Below, one piece after another: positions 1 to 10,007 of a stretch of DNA of 64,000 bases. Numbering within the stretch: the first letter of the stretch is position 1; the number at the start of each line of letters is the position of its first letter. Under the pieces are notes generated by a model. That model did no database searches, had not been told where the DNA came from, and saw only the letters and a program-made list of their open reading frames with translations. The stretch comes from a virus. The DNA lies in IMG/VR virus record IMGVR_UViG_3300010412_000019, positions 5,521-69,520 of that record; one strand, written 5' to 3'. The translations under genes and the position numbers were made by a program.

Positions 1-146
1 TCGCCAATATCAATATAGCCAGACATTGAATTGCGAAAGATGTCCTCATAGATGACAATTTGACCGAAACCATCCCACAATTCTTGTGTGAGATTGCGCC
101 CTCCAAGAGTAAGAACATCAATTGTTAACGGTGTGATATTAGCCAT
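1..146 (-). CDS. baseplate hub protein (gp27-like), N-terminal part; runs off window
   Basis: Hand-translated from ATG at 146: MANITPLTIDVLTLGGRNLTQELWDGFGQIVIYEDIFRNSMSGYIDIG. IYEDIF...SG pattern, directly downstream of gp53. Confidence 0.6.
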   Translation of the reverse strand, partial: MANITPLTIDVLTLGGRNLTQELWDGFGQIVIYEDIFRNSMSGYIDIG

Positions 147-648
147 TGATCAAGTTTTCAATTTCTGTGTCAAGTTTTGTAATAAGTTCTGGGTATAGAA
201 TCTTTATGCGGCGCTTGTCATCATTTAGATTTTCTTCATATTCGATATATGAGATAGCGACAGCACCAATTGGCTTGGTTGATTCCTGATATTTGATGCC
301 GTCTTTCTCCCAATGACGCACGGCATAATAGCCAGTATCATCGAATTTACCATTGACCACACCCGGCACGCCATAACGCATTTCACATAATTCTACTATC
401 TCTTTTGAACTAAGCGGCCAATCGAAAAATGGATCGACCATATCATTCATCAGCAGAATGACATAATTGTAATGAGTCGACCCATAGAAGTCAAAGGCAA
501 CAGATTCGGGTGTCTCATAGTCTTCTATCTGGTAATAAAAGAATAGGTCTTTATTCTCTTTGATCTCTGGTCGCACAACCAATGCAACTGACAGATCACG
601 AATGTCTTTGTTGTCATAATTGATAGTTGGAAACTTTGAAAACAACAT
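139..648 (-). CDS. gp53: baseplate wedge subunit gp53
   Basis: F.KFPTINY, ETPE.VA..FYGS...YVILL.ND.VDPF.DWPL, YE...ND.KR.IKIL.P motifs. Confidence 0.9.
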   Translation of the reverse strand: MLFSKFPTINYDNKDIRDLSVALVVRPEIKENKDLFFYYQIEDYETPESVAFDFYGSTHYNYVILLMNDMVDPFFDWPLSSKEIVELCEMRYGVPGVVNGKFDDTGYYAVRHWEKDGIKYQESTKPIGAVAISYIEYEENLNDDKRRIKILYPELITKLDTEIENLING

Positions 649-1358
649 TAGACCACATAGCCTCCCTTGCCGTCTGTCAGGTATTTGTCATTTGCACTCT
701 GACGGTAAGCAAGCGTCAATTCTTGCAATTGCAATGACAGAGCCGTTTGTGTCGGGTACCCATCCATGTGTTGTGACCAAAAGCCGCTAGGCGTGTAGTC
801 TGTTGTGATGTTTGTAATCGCCATCTCTTGCGATTGGAAAATCATCTGTCCCGGTCCGGGTGGGCCTTCCACATTTTGAAACTGAAATTCAAGCTTGAAT
901 ACACAATCACTAACGTCCCATAGCGCCTTTTGTTCAATCAACATCGGGGCGCTTTTAGCTTTCAAAAAGTTGATAGCCTCCATGAATTCGGATGCTTTCT
1001 TGGCCGTTCTTGGTTGCAAGTTAAAATTCAAAGATACTTCACGAAAAGGCAAATCTTGAAACAGCATTACATTGTGTTGGTTGATACCAATTTTCTTACC
1101 AGCCTGTACTGCGGCGGTATATGCGCTTGACTGTAATGCTTGCGCGAGGCCTTGCAAGAATGCCGAGCCTGTTTCGGTTGTAAATGGGTTTTTAAGTTGA
1201 ATTAGACCCTTGCTTCCCGGTGTATACCCCATAATACTATTACTCGCTCCAGCCCACATGCCAGCAGATTCCATTCCCCATGATCTGTTGAATGAAAAAG
1301 CCATAGTTGTTGGTTTAGGGAACGCCGCAATAGCGTCAGGTATTGATGCAATAGCCAT
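648..1358 (-). CDS. gp48: baseplate tail tube cap gp48
   Basis: N....LFQ..PFR...NF.L.PR and IT.I..DYTP.G......DG.P....L.LQ..E motifs; next to gp53. Confidence 0.8.
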   Translation of the reverse strand: MAIASIPDAIAAFPKPTTMAFSFNRSWGMESAGMWAGASNSIMGYTPGSKGLIQLKNPFTTETGSAFLQGLAQALQSSAYTAAVQAGKKIGINQHNVMLFQDLPFREVSLNFNLQPRTAKKASEFMEAINFLKAKSAPMLIEQKALWDVSDCVFKLEFQFQNVEGPPGPGQMIFQSQEMAITNITTDYTPSGFWSQHMDGYPTQTALSLQLQELTLAYRQSANDKYLTDGKGGYVV

Positions 1359-1666
1359 TATCTTCTCGTTATGCTGTTAAGAAACTGTTTGAGAGCCTGT
1401 GTCGGGTCAGATGTGTTTGTCTTACCCGCTTTGGCTTCTGGTCGAAATTTCTTTGTTGATTGATCTTCACTCCACGGGCTCTTGTTGCGCTCCTGCTTTA
1501 GTCGGAACTCAGGTGATGCCACAACTGGACTGTTGACTCTTCGGACTGAAACAAGACGCACAGAGGCATTGCCATTGTCCGTCAGATCATATATTTTTGT
1601 TGATTTAATATCATGACGCTTTTCGGTCGATCTGCGTTTTCTTGTTATTCTGTTTTTATCAGCCAT
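1358..1666 (-). CDS. hypothetical basic protein
   Basis: ORF with AAGGA RBS downstream of late-promoter motif; stop overlaps the gp48 start. Confidence 0.55.
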   Translation of the reverse strand: MADKNRITRKRRSTEKRHDIKSTKIYDLTDNGNASVRLVSVRRVNSPVVASPEFRLKQERNKSPWSEDQSTKKFRPEAKAGKTNTSDPTQALKQFLNSITRR

Positions 1667-1687
1667 GTTTAATCCTTAATTAAACGT

Positions 1688-1700
1688 CATAAATATTTAC
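1688..1700. promoter_or_regulatory. overlapping divergent T4-type late promoters
   Basis: cATAAATA on + (1688-1695) and gTAAATA on - (1694-1700), between divergent structural operons. Confidence 0.7.
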
Positions 1701-1713
1701 CGAGGTTTATGTT

Positions 1714-2166
1714 ATGAATCGATCAGATAGTTGGCTACAAGGACGATATTACCCGGAGAACCCAAGTAAATATAGGGGCAATCTAAGAGATATCGTATTT
1801 AGATCATCGTATGAATTGAAAATGTTTCGCTATTGCGATCTGTCAGAGAATGTACTTGAGTGGTCATCAGAAGAAACAGTTGTGCCATACAAGAACCCAA
1901 TAACAGGCACACAACATCGATACTACATTGACATATACCTAAAACACAGAACAAAAGACGGCCAGATAAAAAAGAAACTAATTGAAGTGAAGCCGTCAAA
2001 ACAGACAAAGCCGCCAGCACTACCCAAGCGCAAGACAAAGAAGTATCTGAAAGAAGTTGAGACTTACGTTGTCAATCAAGCCAAGTGGAAAGCGGCCGCT
2101 AAATATGCCCATAAGCATGGTATGGAATTCGTTGTGTTCACCGAGAAAGAGTTAGGAATCAATTAA
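1714..2166 (+). CDS. gp4: head completion nuclease gp4
   Basis: QG.Y.P.NP.KY.G....I.FRSS.E, WSSEE, HRYY.D, IEVKP..QT, NQAKW.AA motifs. Confidence 0.95.
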   Translation: MNRSDSWLQGRYYPENPSKYRGNLRDIVFRSSYELKMFRYCDLSENVLEWSSEETVVPYKNPITGTQHRYYIDIYLKHRTKDGQIKKKLIEVKPSKQTKPPALPKRKTKKYLKEVETYVVNQAKWKAAAKYAHKHGMEFVVFTEKELGIN

Positions 2167-2756
2167 TGCCTTTAAGATTATTCAAAGCATCAGTTCAGGA
2201 CGTTCAGCGTTCTAATCGATATCTTGTATGGCTTCCCGGTATGCCACCAGACCTTGTTGCTCATTGCATCAACGTAAACATTCCCGGAGAACAATATTCA
2301 ACAGCGGTCAGTTATGATCCACAGATTGGTGAAAATGTCATTCCATGGGAGCTGCCATATGATCTTGTACAGAACGAATGCACATTGACATTCATGGTCG
2401 ATCAGTTTTGGCGTATTCGCTCATTCTTTGACAATTGGCGCAAAGAAGTATACGACCCAAAGAGTGGGTTTGGGTATCTAGGGGATGCAGGTCAGAAGGG
2501 ATTTCTAGGAGGCGGTACTGGTGGGTATTCTAAAGATGTAAAGATTATAGCATTGTCCCGTCAACACATACCACAATACACTGTCACGTTGACTAACGCA
2601 TACCCGAAATCAATTTCAGACATAAACTTTGATGCCGCGGCACAAAACGCGCCAGCAGTTTTCACTATAGGTCTTGTATATGGCGGGCAGGTGACACAAG
2701 ATACACTTGGATTTGTTTTAGGAAAAATAGGAGTGGCAAGACCACCCGGAATTTAA
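2166..2756 (+). CDS. tail tube initiator gp54 / gp19-like
   Basis: R.NRY.V, C..VNIPG, LTF.VD......FF..W, L.NAYP motifs; syntenic position. Confidence 0.75.
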   Translation: MPLRLFKASVQDVQRSNRYLVWLPGMPPDLVAHCINVNIPGEQYSTAVSYDPQIGENVIPWELPYDLVQNECTLTFMVDQFWRIRSFFDNWRKEVYDPKSGFGYLGDAGQKGFLGGGTGGYSKDVKIIALSRQHIPQYTVTLTNAYPKSISDINFDAAAQNAPAVFTIGLVYGGQVTQDTLGFVLGKIGVARPPGI

Positions 2757-2764
2757 CATGAGGA

Positions 2765-3496
2765 ATGATTATGAACTTACCACAACTTAATGCAGTAAAA
2801 TATGAAGTTAGTTTGCCAGTAAGCAAGCGAACAGTTGAAGTGAGACCATGGCTTATCAGTGAAGAGAAAGCCCTGCTTATCGCAAAAGAATCAGAGAAAC
2901 CAGAAGAAATTGCTTATGCTGTACTGAATATCTTGAAGCAATGTACATTTGATGAAGACATTGAACATATGCCAATTGCAGACGTTGAATGGATTCTACT
3001 AAATGCAAAAGCATATTCATCTGGTGAAATGACCAACCTATTGCTTCGTTGTCAAAGAAAAGGCGATGATGGCGAGAAGTGTTCTGGTACTACTCCAGTT
3101 GAAATCGATTTGCAAAAAGAAGCAAACATCGATGATTTCAAGTTTGATTTTGATAAGACTGTCAAATTAACAGATACAATCAGCGTAACACTCAAGAGCC
3201 CAAATTTCGGCATCTTTAAGAAATTGCTCACCAGCGATAGTTTTGCTGAAAATACATTCCAAACTATTGCATCGGCAATCGATTATATCACAGACGATGA
3301 TGAGGTTATTAAGAATTTCACATTGGATGATGCAATCAAATTCATTGAGTCTATGAACGAGAAGCAATTGAAAGATGTTACGGCTGTACTTAATAAGTTC
3401 CCGAAATTGATGGTCAGTCACGATTACAAATGCTCAAAGTGTGGAAAGAAGAATAACTTCAAGGTGAGGAACTTCTTCAATTTTTTTATGAGTTGA
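2765..3496 (+). CDS. gp26: baseplate hub assembly protein gp26
   Basis: LP.....Y...LP.S......RP.L..EEK.LL.A.E, D.E.I.L..KA.S.GE, C-terminal CxxC then NFF. Confidence 0.9.
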   Translation: MIMNLPQLNAVKYEVSLPVSKRTVEVRPWLISEEKALLIAKESEKPEEIAYAVLNILKQCTFDEDIEHMPIADVEWILLNAKAYSSGEMTNLLLRCQRKGDDGEKCSGTTPVEIDLQKEANIDDFKFDFDKTVKLTDTISVTLKSPNFGIFKKLLTSDSFAENTFQTIASAIDYITDDDEVIKNFTLDDAIKFIESMNEKQLKDVTAVLNKFPKLMVSHDYKCSKCGKKNNFKVRNFFNFFMS

Positions 3497-3660
3497 TTTG
3501 CCATGATAGAGATATCATAGGTCATTACAAATTATCGTTTGATGTACTGAACAATTCGAAGATATCTCTTGCTGATATAGAAATGATGAGGCCTTATGAG
3601 TTTGAAATATACACGAACCTGCTACTACAGGACATTAAGAAGAAATGCGAGAACAATTAG
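3481..3660 (+). CDS. gp51-like baseplate hub assembly domain in the -1 frame (absent from ORF track; probably reached by frameshift)
   Basis: Hand translation FFYELICHDRDIIGHYKLSFDVLNNSKISLADIEMMRPYEFEIYTNLLLQDIKKKCENN* matches the SL.EIE.M.PWE..IY..LL pattern of short gp51 proteins. Confidence 0.75.
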   Translation, partial: FFYELICHDRDIIGHYKLSFDVLNNSKISLADIEMMRPYEFEIYTNLLLQDIKKKCENN

Positions 3661-6353
3661 AACTCAACCAAGTAACAGATAAGCTACTTGAGAAAAACAA
3701 TCAGGCACTAGAAGATAACACCAAAGCACTTGGTAGTATCACGAAGAGTCTTGGCGCTATGGACCTTAGCAACAAAAAGGAACTTGGTGCTATCGCCAAG
3801 ACGCTTGCAGAAATTTCTGAATCAGCAACATCAGGTGGAATCACAGCACAGCAATCAAAAGCCCTTGTTAAGAAATCAAACGATACTCTGGCCGTTTTGC
3901 AAGATATACAGAAAGACAGTACCAGTGATGGTATTAATGAATTGGTAGAGATTGCAAGCTTTCAGAAGCGATTACTTGAAAAGGGTAACGAACTAGCAAA
4001 AAATACATTAGCAAACCTAGCAGATAAAGCAAAAGATACAGCTAAGTTGCCATTTACAATTGGCCTTGGTATGCTTGCAAGTGAAATGCCTGCGGTTGCT
4101 ATGGCACTAAGTGGGTTGAAAAGTTTTGCAGGCGGTGTCAAAGATGTTTGGAATGATTACAGGGAAGATAAAAAAGCACAGAAAGAACAGCAATTGCAAA
4201 TAAGTCAAGATAGAAGCCTTAGCAATATTGAGGATGCTTCATTTGATCAAGTAGAAGGTGTTGATGGGGCTGTTGGGTTACTAAACCATATCAAGCTTGC
4301 TATGCTTTCCCTTGGTAGTTCATTTAGATTCTTCAACCCAGCCGCGAAGAGATTGAAGAGCATTGATGAATCACTACTAGACGGTGATGAACATGCTGTA
4401 CTGCTCAAAGACCTACAATATTATCAAAAGCAATCTGGTGAAATGCTCAGTTGGATGTCAACACAAACAGACACAACAAACAGCATATTGCGAGAAGTGA
4501 GAGATAATATCGGTGCTTTGCAGATTGCCAATGAAGAAAATATCCCAAAAGAAGAAAGACAGAGAATAACAAAGGAAGAGAATGACGCAGCAATAGACCA
4601 ACCGGCTGTTGTATCTGGAGGTAGCAATGTCATCCCGATAAGATTCAATCAAAGCGAAAAGAATGAACAACCGAAGGATGATAATAGGGGTGTTGATCCA
4701 TTTCTTATTCTACAGGGTACTAGACTTAATCTAACTTTGCCAAATCTTGGTAGGGATGAACTTTCTGAACTTTTCGATGACCCAGATGCAGCCTCATTCG
4801 AAATTAATAGAGAAAGGTTTAAGAGAAAGAAACCAGATTACGTTTCAATGTTGCAGGATTGGTGGCCCGCCGCTAAGGATATTAGTAATGAATTCGCAGA
4901 TTACCTAGGTGACTATGGTTTCGATAGTTTTACTGACCCCAAATCAATGTATGAAGCCGGTCTTGCCGCTGGTGATGAATTCTTTAAGGGTGTCACAGAA
5001 ATGCTTGAAGACTATGAACTACCTGTTCCACAAACAGATAAGGACTGGAAGAGCGTTATCGATGGAATAGAGCAAGTCTTCTATAGCTATAATCTACGTC
5101 TAGGCTCAAATAATGACGATGCTAATCTTTTGGAAAATATGTTTACTCTTCCAGAATTCATCGAAAAAGCCGCAAAGGGTCTTGAGGAGATTAGTGGTAA
5201 TGTTGTCAGCATTGCTCAAGATGTAGATTCGATTGATGATCGAACAGCACAAGACGCACAGGATAAAGAAGAAGAGCGCCGAGAGGCACTTGATCAACAT
5301 AAAGATTTATTAAAGGCTCTAGAACAGAGAGATAAAGCGCAAGAGGGCACTAAAGATGATGAGCCCGGATTCTTGAGCAAACTGTTTGATGGTCTTGGTA
5401 TAGATGGCGAAGGTATCATGGGTGCTTTAGCTGGTGCGCTTGGTCTGAAATGGTTGCTCGGCGGAAAGGGCAAAGGACTTGGTACAGGTGGCTTGCTAAA
5501 GAATTTGAAGTTTGGTAAACTGGCCAAAGGTACAGGTATCCTTGGTCTTGTGTTAACTGCTTTTGATGTGATATCTGAATCATTTGATGCATATTGGCAA
5601 AACCCCGATGCCGGTATAGCACATGCCATTGGTGAAGGTGTAAAAAATACAGCCATTAATATGTGGGATATGTTAAATGAAATATCAGATGGCATGTGGG
5701 ACTTTGCATCTGGTTTGACAGGTATTGAAGAAATCAGCAGTGAAAACATTGCAAAAGTAGATGCAAAGATAGCCGAAACTATTTCCAATTGGGCTGATAG
5801 TGCTATTGGGTTCTGGGATAGAATGCCCGTAGTTGATGTCTGGGATAGAATGCAATTAGGCGTGTCTGACGCTATTGAATCCGTAGTTAACAACATTAAT
5901 AGTATTGGGGATAGCCAGAAGTTGCTTTCAGATACAGTTGCAGCCTCAAGAAAGGAATGGTGGAATAACATCAAAAATGGAATTAGTGCGTTCTTTGAAG
6001 ATACTGGAGAATTGATAGTCGATGCAATGCAGTCAGACCCTAATGTAGTATTCGTGGAAACCAATAGAGGATTCTTAGGCCAAAAGACTATAAGACCACG
6101 TAGGGTTTATGGTGCTGATAGTGTAACAGGACCACAACAGAGATATAGTCAAGAGATTCAGGATATCATGAATAATCAACGCAGATTACAGGAAGAACAG
6201 CGTAGAGCAAGGGATACAGGCCAGAATGGCGGCACGGCTATCATTAGTAACCCAACATACAATAGTTCAAACCAAACGATTATTATGCCTAGCAGCCCGG
6301 TAGAAACAGACTTCTTAGTGAACAAGATCGACATGAACAATGAGGCTCCGTAA
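3645..6353 (+). CDS. baseplate hub / tail length determinator (gp29-like tape measure)
   Basis: 902 aa, helical/coiled-coil, Gly-rich hydrophobic segments, N/S/T-rich C-terminus; follows gp26/gp51. Confidence 0.75.
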   Translation: MREQLELNQVTDKLLEKNNQALEDNTKALGSITKSLGAMDLSNKKELGAIAKTLAEISESATSGGITAQQSKALVKKSNDTLAVLQDIQKDSTSDGINELVEIASFQKRLLEKGNELAKNTLANLADKAKDTAKLPFTIGLGMLASEMPAVAMALSGLKSFAGGVKDVWNDYREDKKAQKEQQLQISQDRSLSNIEDASFDQVEGVDGAVGLLNHIKLAMLSLGSSFRFFNPAAKRLKSIDESLLDGDEHAVLLKDLQYYQKQSGEMLSWMSTQTDTTNSILREVRDNIGALQIANEENIPKEERQRITKEENDAAIDQPAVVSGGSNVIPIRFNQSEKNEQPKDDNRGVDPFLILQGTRLNLTLPNLGRDELSELFDDPDAASFEINRERFKRKKPDYVSMLQDWWPAAKDISNEFADYLGDYGFDSFTDPKSMYEAGLAAGDEFFKGVTEMLEDYELPVPQTDKDWKSVIDGIEQVFYSYNLRLGSNNDDANLLENMFTLPEFIEKAAKGLEEISGNVVSIAQDVDSIDDRTAQDAQDKEEERREALDQHKDLLKALEQRDKAQEGTKDDEPGFLSKLFDGLGIDGEGIMGALAGALGLKWLLGGKGKGLGTGGLLKNLKFGKLAKGTGILGLVLTAFDVISESFDAYWQNPDAGIAHAIGEGVKNTAINMWDMLNEISDGMWDFASGLTGIEEISSENIAKVDAKIAETISNWADSAIGFWDRMPVVDVWDRMQLGVSDAIESVVNNINSIGDSQKLLSDTVAASRKEWWNNIKNGISAFFEDTGELIVDAMQSDPNVVFVETNRGFLGQKTIRPRRVYGADSVTGPQQRYSQEIQDIMNNQRRLQEEQRRARDTGQNGGTAIISNPTYNSSNQTIIMPSSPVETDFLVNKIDMNNEAP

Positions 6354-6916
6354 TGGCATTACCGAGTAAAGACAGTTTTTGGAAAGTCCGAGGCATACCA
6401 CGCACACGCTTAAAAGATGTGCGTGATGCCAATAAGTGGTTTCTTTCTAAAGCTGATCATGAATTGTCTGACGTTGCTGAACCAGAAACAGTGTTCGGCG
6501 GCAAGCGCAGGCAGTCAAACATGCCTCAGATCGGCTCAATGTATCTTTGGGGATACTGGGCGAAATGGGATAAGCAACTACCGACATGGGATCGATTCCC
6601 GCTTGGTTTCGTGTTTGACATTAAAGGCCCGCACTTCTGGGCATTGAACTTCCACTATCTCCCACCACCAATGCGCTACCAGTTGGGTGCCGCATTGATG
6701 AAGGCGAGGATCAAGTCAAAGGGTAGAAAAGAGGACTATCTGAAACTCAGCTATCCAATCATCAAATCAGTAGCTAAGGCGAAACTATATGACCCATGTG
6801 TTAAGCAATATCTGTTTACTCAGATGAGGTCAAAGTTCCATTACATTCATCCAGACGAATGGGCATATGCAACACAGATGAACGTAGAGAAATGGAGATC
6901 AGGTAAGCCGTACTAA
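6353..6916 (+). CDS. gp2: DNA end protector gp2
   Basis: G.MY...Y.AK....LP.WDRFPL, LNFHYLPP..R, CVK.YL motifs. Confidence 0.9.
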   Translation: MALPSKDSFWKVRGIPRTRLKDVRDANKWFLSKADHELSDVAEPETVFGGKRRQSNMPQIGSMYLWGYWAKWDKQLPTWDRFPLGFVFDIKGPHFWALNFHYLPPPMRYQLGAALMKARIKSKGRKEDYLKLSYPIIKSVAKAKLYDPCVKQYLFTQMRSKFHYIHPDEWAYATQMNVEKWRSGKPY

Positions 6917-7125
6917 ATCTTGCGAATGAATGCTTTTCGTGAGTCAACGACTGTCACCTGTACACCGTCTTTCACTTCTTCTTCTTCTGGCTTATCTGGA
7001 ATGTCCATCATGCGTTTGCTTTGGGTTTCTTCCAGCTTTTTAGCCAGTTGATGCATGTCCATGCCGCGCACATATCCAGCATCAATTAGACGCTTTGCTT
7101 CTTGGTAGTATCTGTGGTCTGCCAT
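6913..7125 (-). CDS. hypothetical protein
   Basis: ORF with GGAG RBS and gTAAATA late-like motif near 7150. Confidence 0.6.
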   Translation of the reverse strand: MADHRYYQEAKRLIDAGYVRGMDMHQLAKKLEETQSKRMMDIPDKPEEEEVKDGVQVTVVDSRKAFIRKI

Positions 7126-7159
7126 TTCAATAATATCTCCGATTGAAGATATTTACCAT

Positions 7160-7189
7160 AAAAAAAAGAGCCGCTATGAAGCGGCTCTT
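7160..7189 (-). terminator. rho-independent terminator
   Basis: aagagccgc/gcggctctt stem followed by a U-run on the minus strand. Confidence 0.8.
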
Positions 7190-7866
7190 GTTCTTACATC
7201 GTTGATATCTTTTTTACGACATATGGAGAACATTTCATAAGGTCTTTGCCAGACCTCATTATATTTGATCAGATTTGGATGTAGCAATATGGAACGAATG
7301 AATGGCTTTGTAAACAACTTGCGATTCGTCCATGGGAACACCATAACCCAGTCTGCAATGTGAAGATAATCGGTCCAATTGAATTTTGGAGCGGTTGTAG
7401 CGCCATTCATTCTACTTTCAATATTTCTTCGCAGTGTATCCGCAACATTGGATTTCGAAAGGTCAAACTTTACCATATATTGAAATTCATCATTGTTGAT
7501 ACCAGCAACAATATGATCTGGGTTTGTCCTGATAAGATGTTCTAATCGTTCAATGGTGAGAATACTGTTACATGTTCCTCTTCCAAGAAAAGGCAGTTCA
7601 GTTTCAATTTTACACTCTTGGATTTTAATTGAAACGGGGTTAAACCCATCATGTGGCTTACTGGTGTGGTTGTGAACTCCTCCAGCAAACTCTATGCATA
7701 CCCTTTCAAGCATTCGATAGTTGTTGCACAGTTTCTTGGTTTCGGCATCATTCTTAAACCCAATCACCCGAAACAGCCTATTCGCGCAATCATGCACTTC
7801 ATTCATTTCAAATTTCATACTCATGTTCTCAAAAGAGAACCCCGCCGAAGCGGGGTTCGAATACAA
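7174..7866 (-). CDS. putative PD-(D/E)xK nuclease (true start probably ~7825)
   Basis: E....PHDGF......QECK resembles a restriction-endonuclease-like active site. Confidence 0.45.
   Translation of the reverse strand: MYSNPASAGFSFENMSMKFEMNEVHDCANRLFRVIGFKNDAETKKLCNNYRMLERVCIEFAGGVHNHTSKPHDGFNPVSIKIQECKIETELPFLGRGTCNSILTIERLEHLIRTNPDHIVAGINNDEFQYMVKFDLSKSNVADTLRRNIESRMNGATTAPKFNWTDYLHIADWVMVFPWTNRKLFTKPFIRSILLHPNLIKYNEVWQRPYEMFSICRKKDINDVRTRAAS
7839..7858 (-). terminator. hairpin after gp32
   Basis: aaccccgc-cgaa-gcggggtt (UUCG loop on the minus strand). Confidence 0.65.
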
Positions 7867-7869
7867 CTA

Positions 7870-8772
7870 TCAGAAAGGAATGTCCTCGTCATCCTCATCA
7901 TCGAACAGACCTTTCAGTTCATCCTGATCGGCCAGATTCGATGTTGCCGCTGGCTCTGGTGCAGATGCCGCAGGGGCAGAAGCAGGAGCAGGCGCAGCAG
8001 GCTCGCTTGTCGGTTGAGCGGCTTCATGATCAGCAAGACCCAGAACACGAACCAAACGATTCTTCTGATCATCATATGAACGGAAGAAGTCTTCACTGGT
8101 GAACTCACTCAGATCGTAAAGCTGTTCAGCAACCTTCTCAATCTCTTCATCGCTGTCCAGCATCGGGCCGACCTCTTTGAACTCAGAAGAGTCATAGTTG
8201 GTCTGACCTTTCACTTTGCGAATCTTCAACGTGAAGTTGGCACCAGTCCACGGGTTGAACGGATCGAAAGGCTTTTCGTCTTCGAACTCAGGCTTGATAG
8301 CCTGCTTGATCTTGTCCATGATCTTCGTTCCATACTGGAACAGAAAGACCTTGCCTTCGTTCTCAGGGTGAGTGGTGTCTTTCACAACATAGATGTTGGA
8401 CACGTAACGCAGGGCGCGTTTGCGCTTACGCACGATCTGTTTTACATCGTCAGGTGTGCTGTCCCAGTTGCCATACGGCTTGACAGTTTCACGGTTCAGT
8501 TCACACGCAGGGCACTCTTCTTCCAGCGTGGTACGGCAGTTATTCCAGAACCAGCCATTGAGCCCCTTGAAGCGGTGCGAGTAGTACTTTACGAAAGGTG
8601 GTGTGTCATCACCAGTTGGAAGAAAGCGAATGATTGCATAACCATTGCCCTGATCGTCACGTTCAGGGTAATAGAACCTGTCATCACCTGTATTCTTCTT
8701 GGAAGTGTCGAATTGCTTACCCAGCGCATCGAAATCGGTCTTACGGCGTTTCAGCCCAGCAAATGATCCCAT
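7870..8772 (-). CDS. gp32: single-stranded DNA-binding protein gp32
   Basis: DDRF....D..GNGYA.IRFLP, H.F....W...C.TT....CP.CE, PENEGKVFLF.YG.KI, NYD.S.F motifs; acidic tail. Confidence 0.97.
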   Translation of the reverse strand: MGSFAGLKRRKTDFDALGKQFDTSKKNTGDDRFYYPERDDQGNGYAIIRFLPTGDDTPPFVKYYSHRFKGLNGWFWNNCRTTLEEECPACELNRETVKPYGNWDSTPDDVKQIVRKRKRALRYVSNIYVVKDTTHPENEGKVFLFQYGTKIMDKIKQAIKPEFEDEKPFDPFNPWTGANFTLKIRKVKGQTNYDSSEFKEVGPMLDSDEEIEKVAEQLYDLSEFTSEDFFRSYDDQKNRLVRVLGLADHEAAQPTSEPAAPAPASAPAASAPEPAATSNLADQDELKGLFDDEDDEDIPF

Positions 8773-8871
8773 TTGTAGTCTCCTTGTGTGTTTAGCCTTG
8801 TTCGGGGTTCACCCATCTTTTGGCTTCTATCGGTTGATTTATGACATAATATCACATTGCATGAATATCAG

Positions 8872-9477
8872 TCAAGGACTATTTAGTAAGTTTCGCTTCG
8901 TCAAAACACGATACAGTTCTGTATCTCTGGCGAACTCATTCTCTAACACGGATGAGTACTTTTTGACTTTCTTTGATGTTTGATCCCAAATCGGGTCATT
9001 AGCCAACAACATGTCATATTCATCAATCATGCCAGTCAATCGGCCAAGTATCGCAAAAGTCTCAATCTGTAAATGCCCACCCAGAAACAACCTCAGTACA
9101 TGAGGATGTTGACCAGATTCTATAACACGAAAGATTTGTTTGAGAGTCAACCCACGTTCATCCTGATATTGCTTGATGGCGCGTAGGTCGTCTTCGTATA
9201 CTTCTGGAAGTCTTACCATCTTGCGCTTCCAGTCATACCACGCCTCTTTCGTCATGTTGCCAACCCAAGTGTTACCCACTAGAAAATTGGCGATGTAAAA
9301 TTCGTGTAATTGTTTTGTGTTGAGTGCCCGACTCATACGAAAGAACCATTTCTTGTCCTTTCGCTCTTCATAGTTACCAGAACGGACTCTACCCATGTAC
9401 TTGTAATAGTCATACGATGGGCGTTCAAAGTGCGCCTTAATAGCGCAATACTCCATGTAGGCTTCGCTTGCTTTCAT
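8872..9477 (-). CDS. gp59: helicase loader gp59
   Basis: AY..Y.AIK.HF....YDY.KY.G, RKDK..F, I.ETF.IL motifs; adjacent to gp32. Confidence 0.92.
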   Translation of the reverse strand: MKASEAYMEYCAIKAHFERPSYDYYKYMGRVRSGNYEERKDKKWFFRMSRALNTKQLHEFYIANFLVGNTWVGNMTKEAWYDWKRKMVRLPEVYEDDLRAIKQYQDERGLTLKQIFRVIESGQHPHVLRLFLGGHLQIETFAILGRLTGMIDEYDMLLANDPIWDQTSKKVKKYSSVLENEFARDTELYRVLTKRNLLNSP

Positions 9478-10007
9478 TAGAAATCAAATGAGTGATTAGG
9501 CAATGCCTCTTCTTCCCAACAATGTGTTACTCTCACTTCAAGCCAGCCCTTGACAAACCCATGTTCATCCTGAGGCAGACCATCAAGAGAATCGTATACG
9601 TCCTGTTCGATATCCACAATTGACTCTGCGGAATATTCATTATTCAAAATGATGTTCTTTTTGGTAATCACCCTGCTCTCACCTTTATCGTAAAGTCAAT
9701 GAATATCTTCTCGGCGAAATTCATTGGGTCGTGCATCTGTCTGTACTCTTCCGAGTAAGACCATTTGTAATTGTATGACTCGCACAGGTAGCGAATGTCA
9801 TCTATGAAGGACTTCACCTTCTCCACGTCCATTTCGAATGCTGGTGCGTTCGGGTCGGTCGTGTCCCGATACTTCATCATCGCCATCGTTGATCACTTCT
9901 ACATCATAGCCAAATAGGTAAGACATTTTGCGAACCTCGCCCACAATAATGTCAATTAGATCATTACGACCACGGTTCTGGTCGTTGCGTGTCAGTTTTA
10001 TAATCAT
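9477..10007 (-). CDS. block of small hypothetical ORFs (9477-9671, 9668-9886, 9798-10007)
   Basis: Tightly packed co-oriented ORFs; no family recognised. Confidence 0.5.

Noticed and set aside
5294-6064. 256-aa minus-strand ORF
   Set aside because: Antisense shadow of the tape measure gene; no recognisable motifs.
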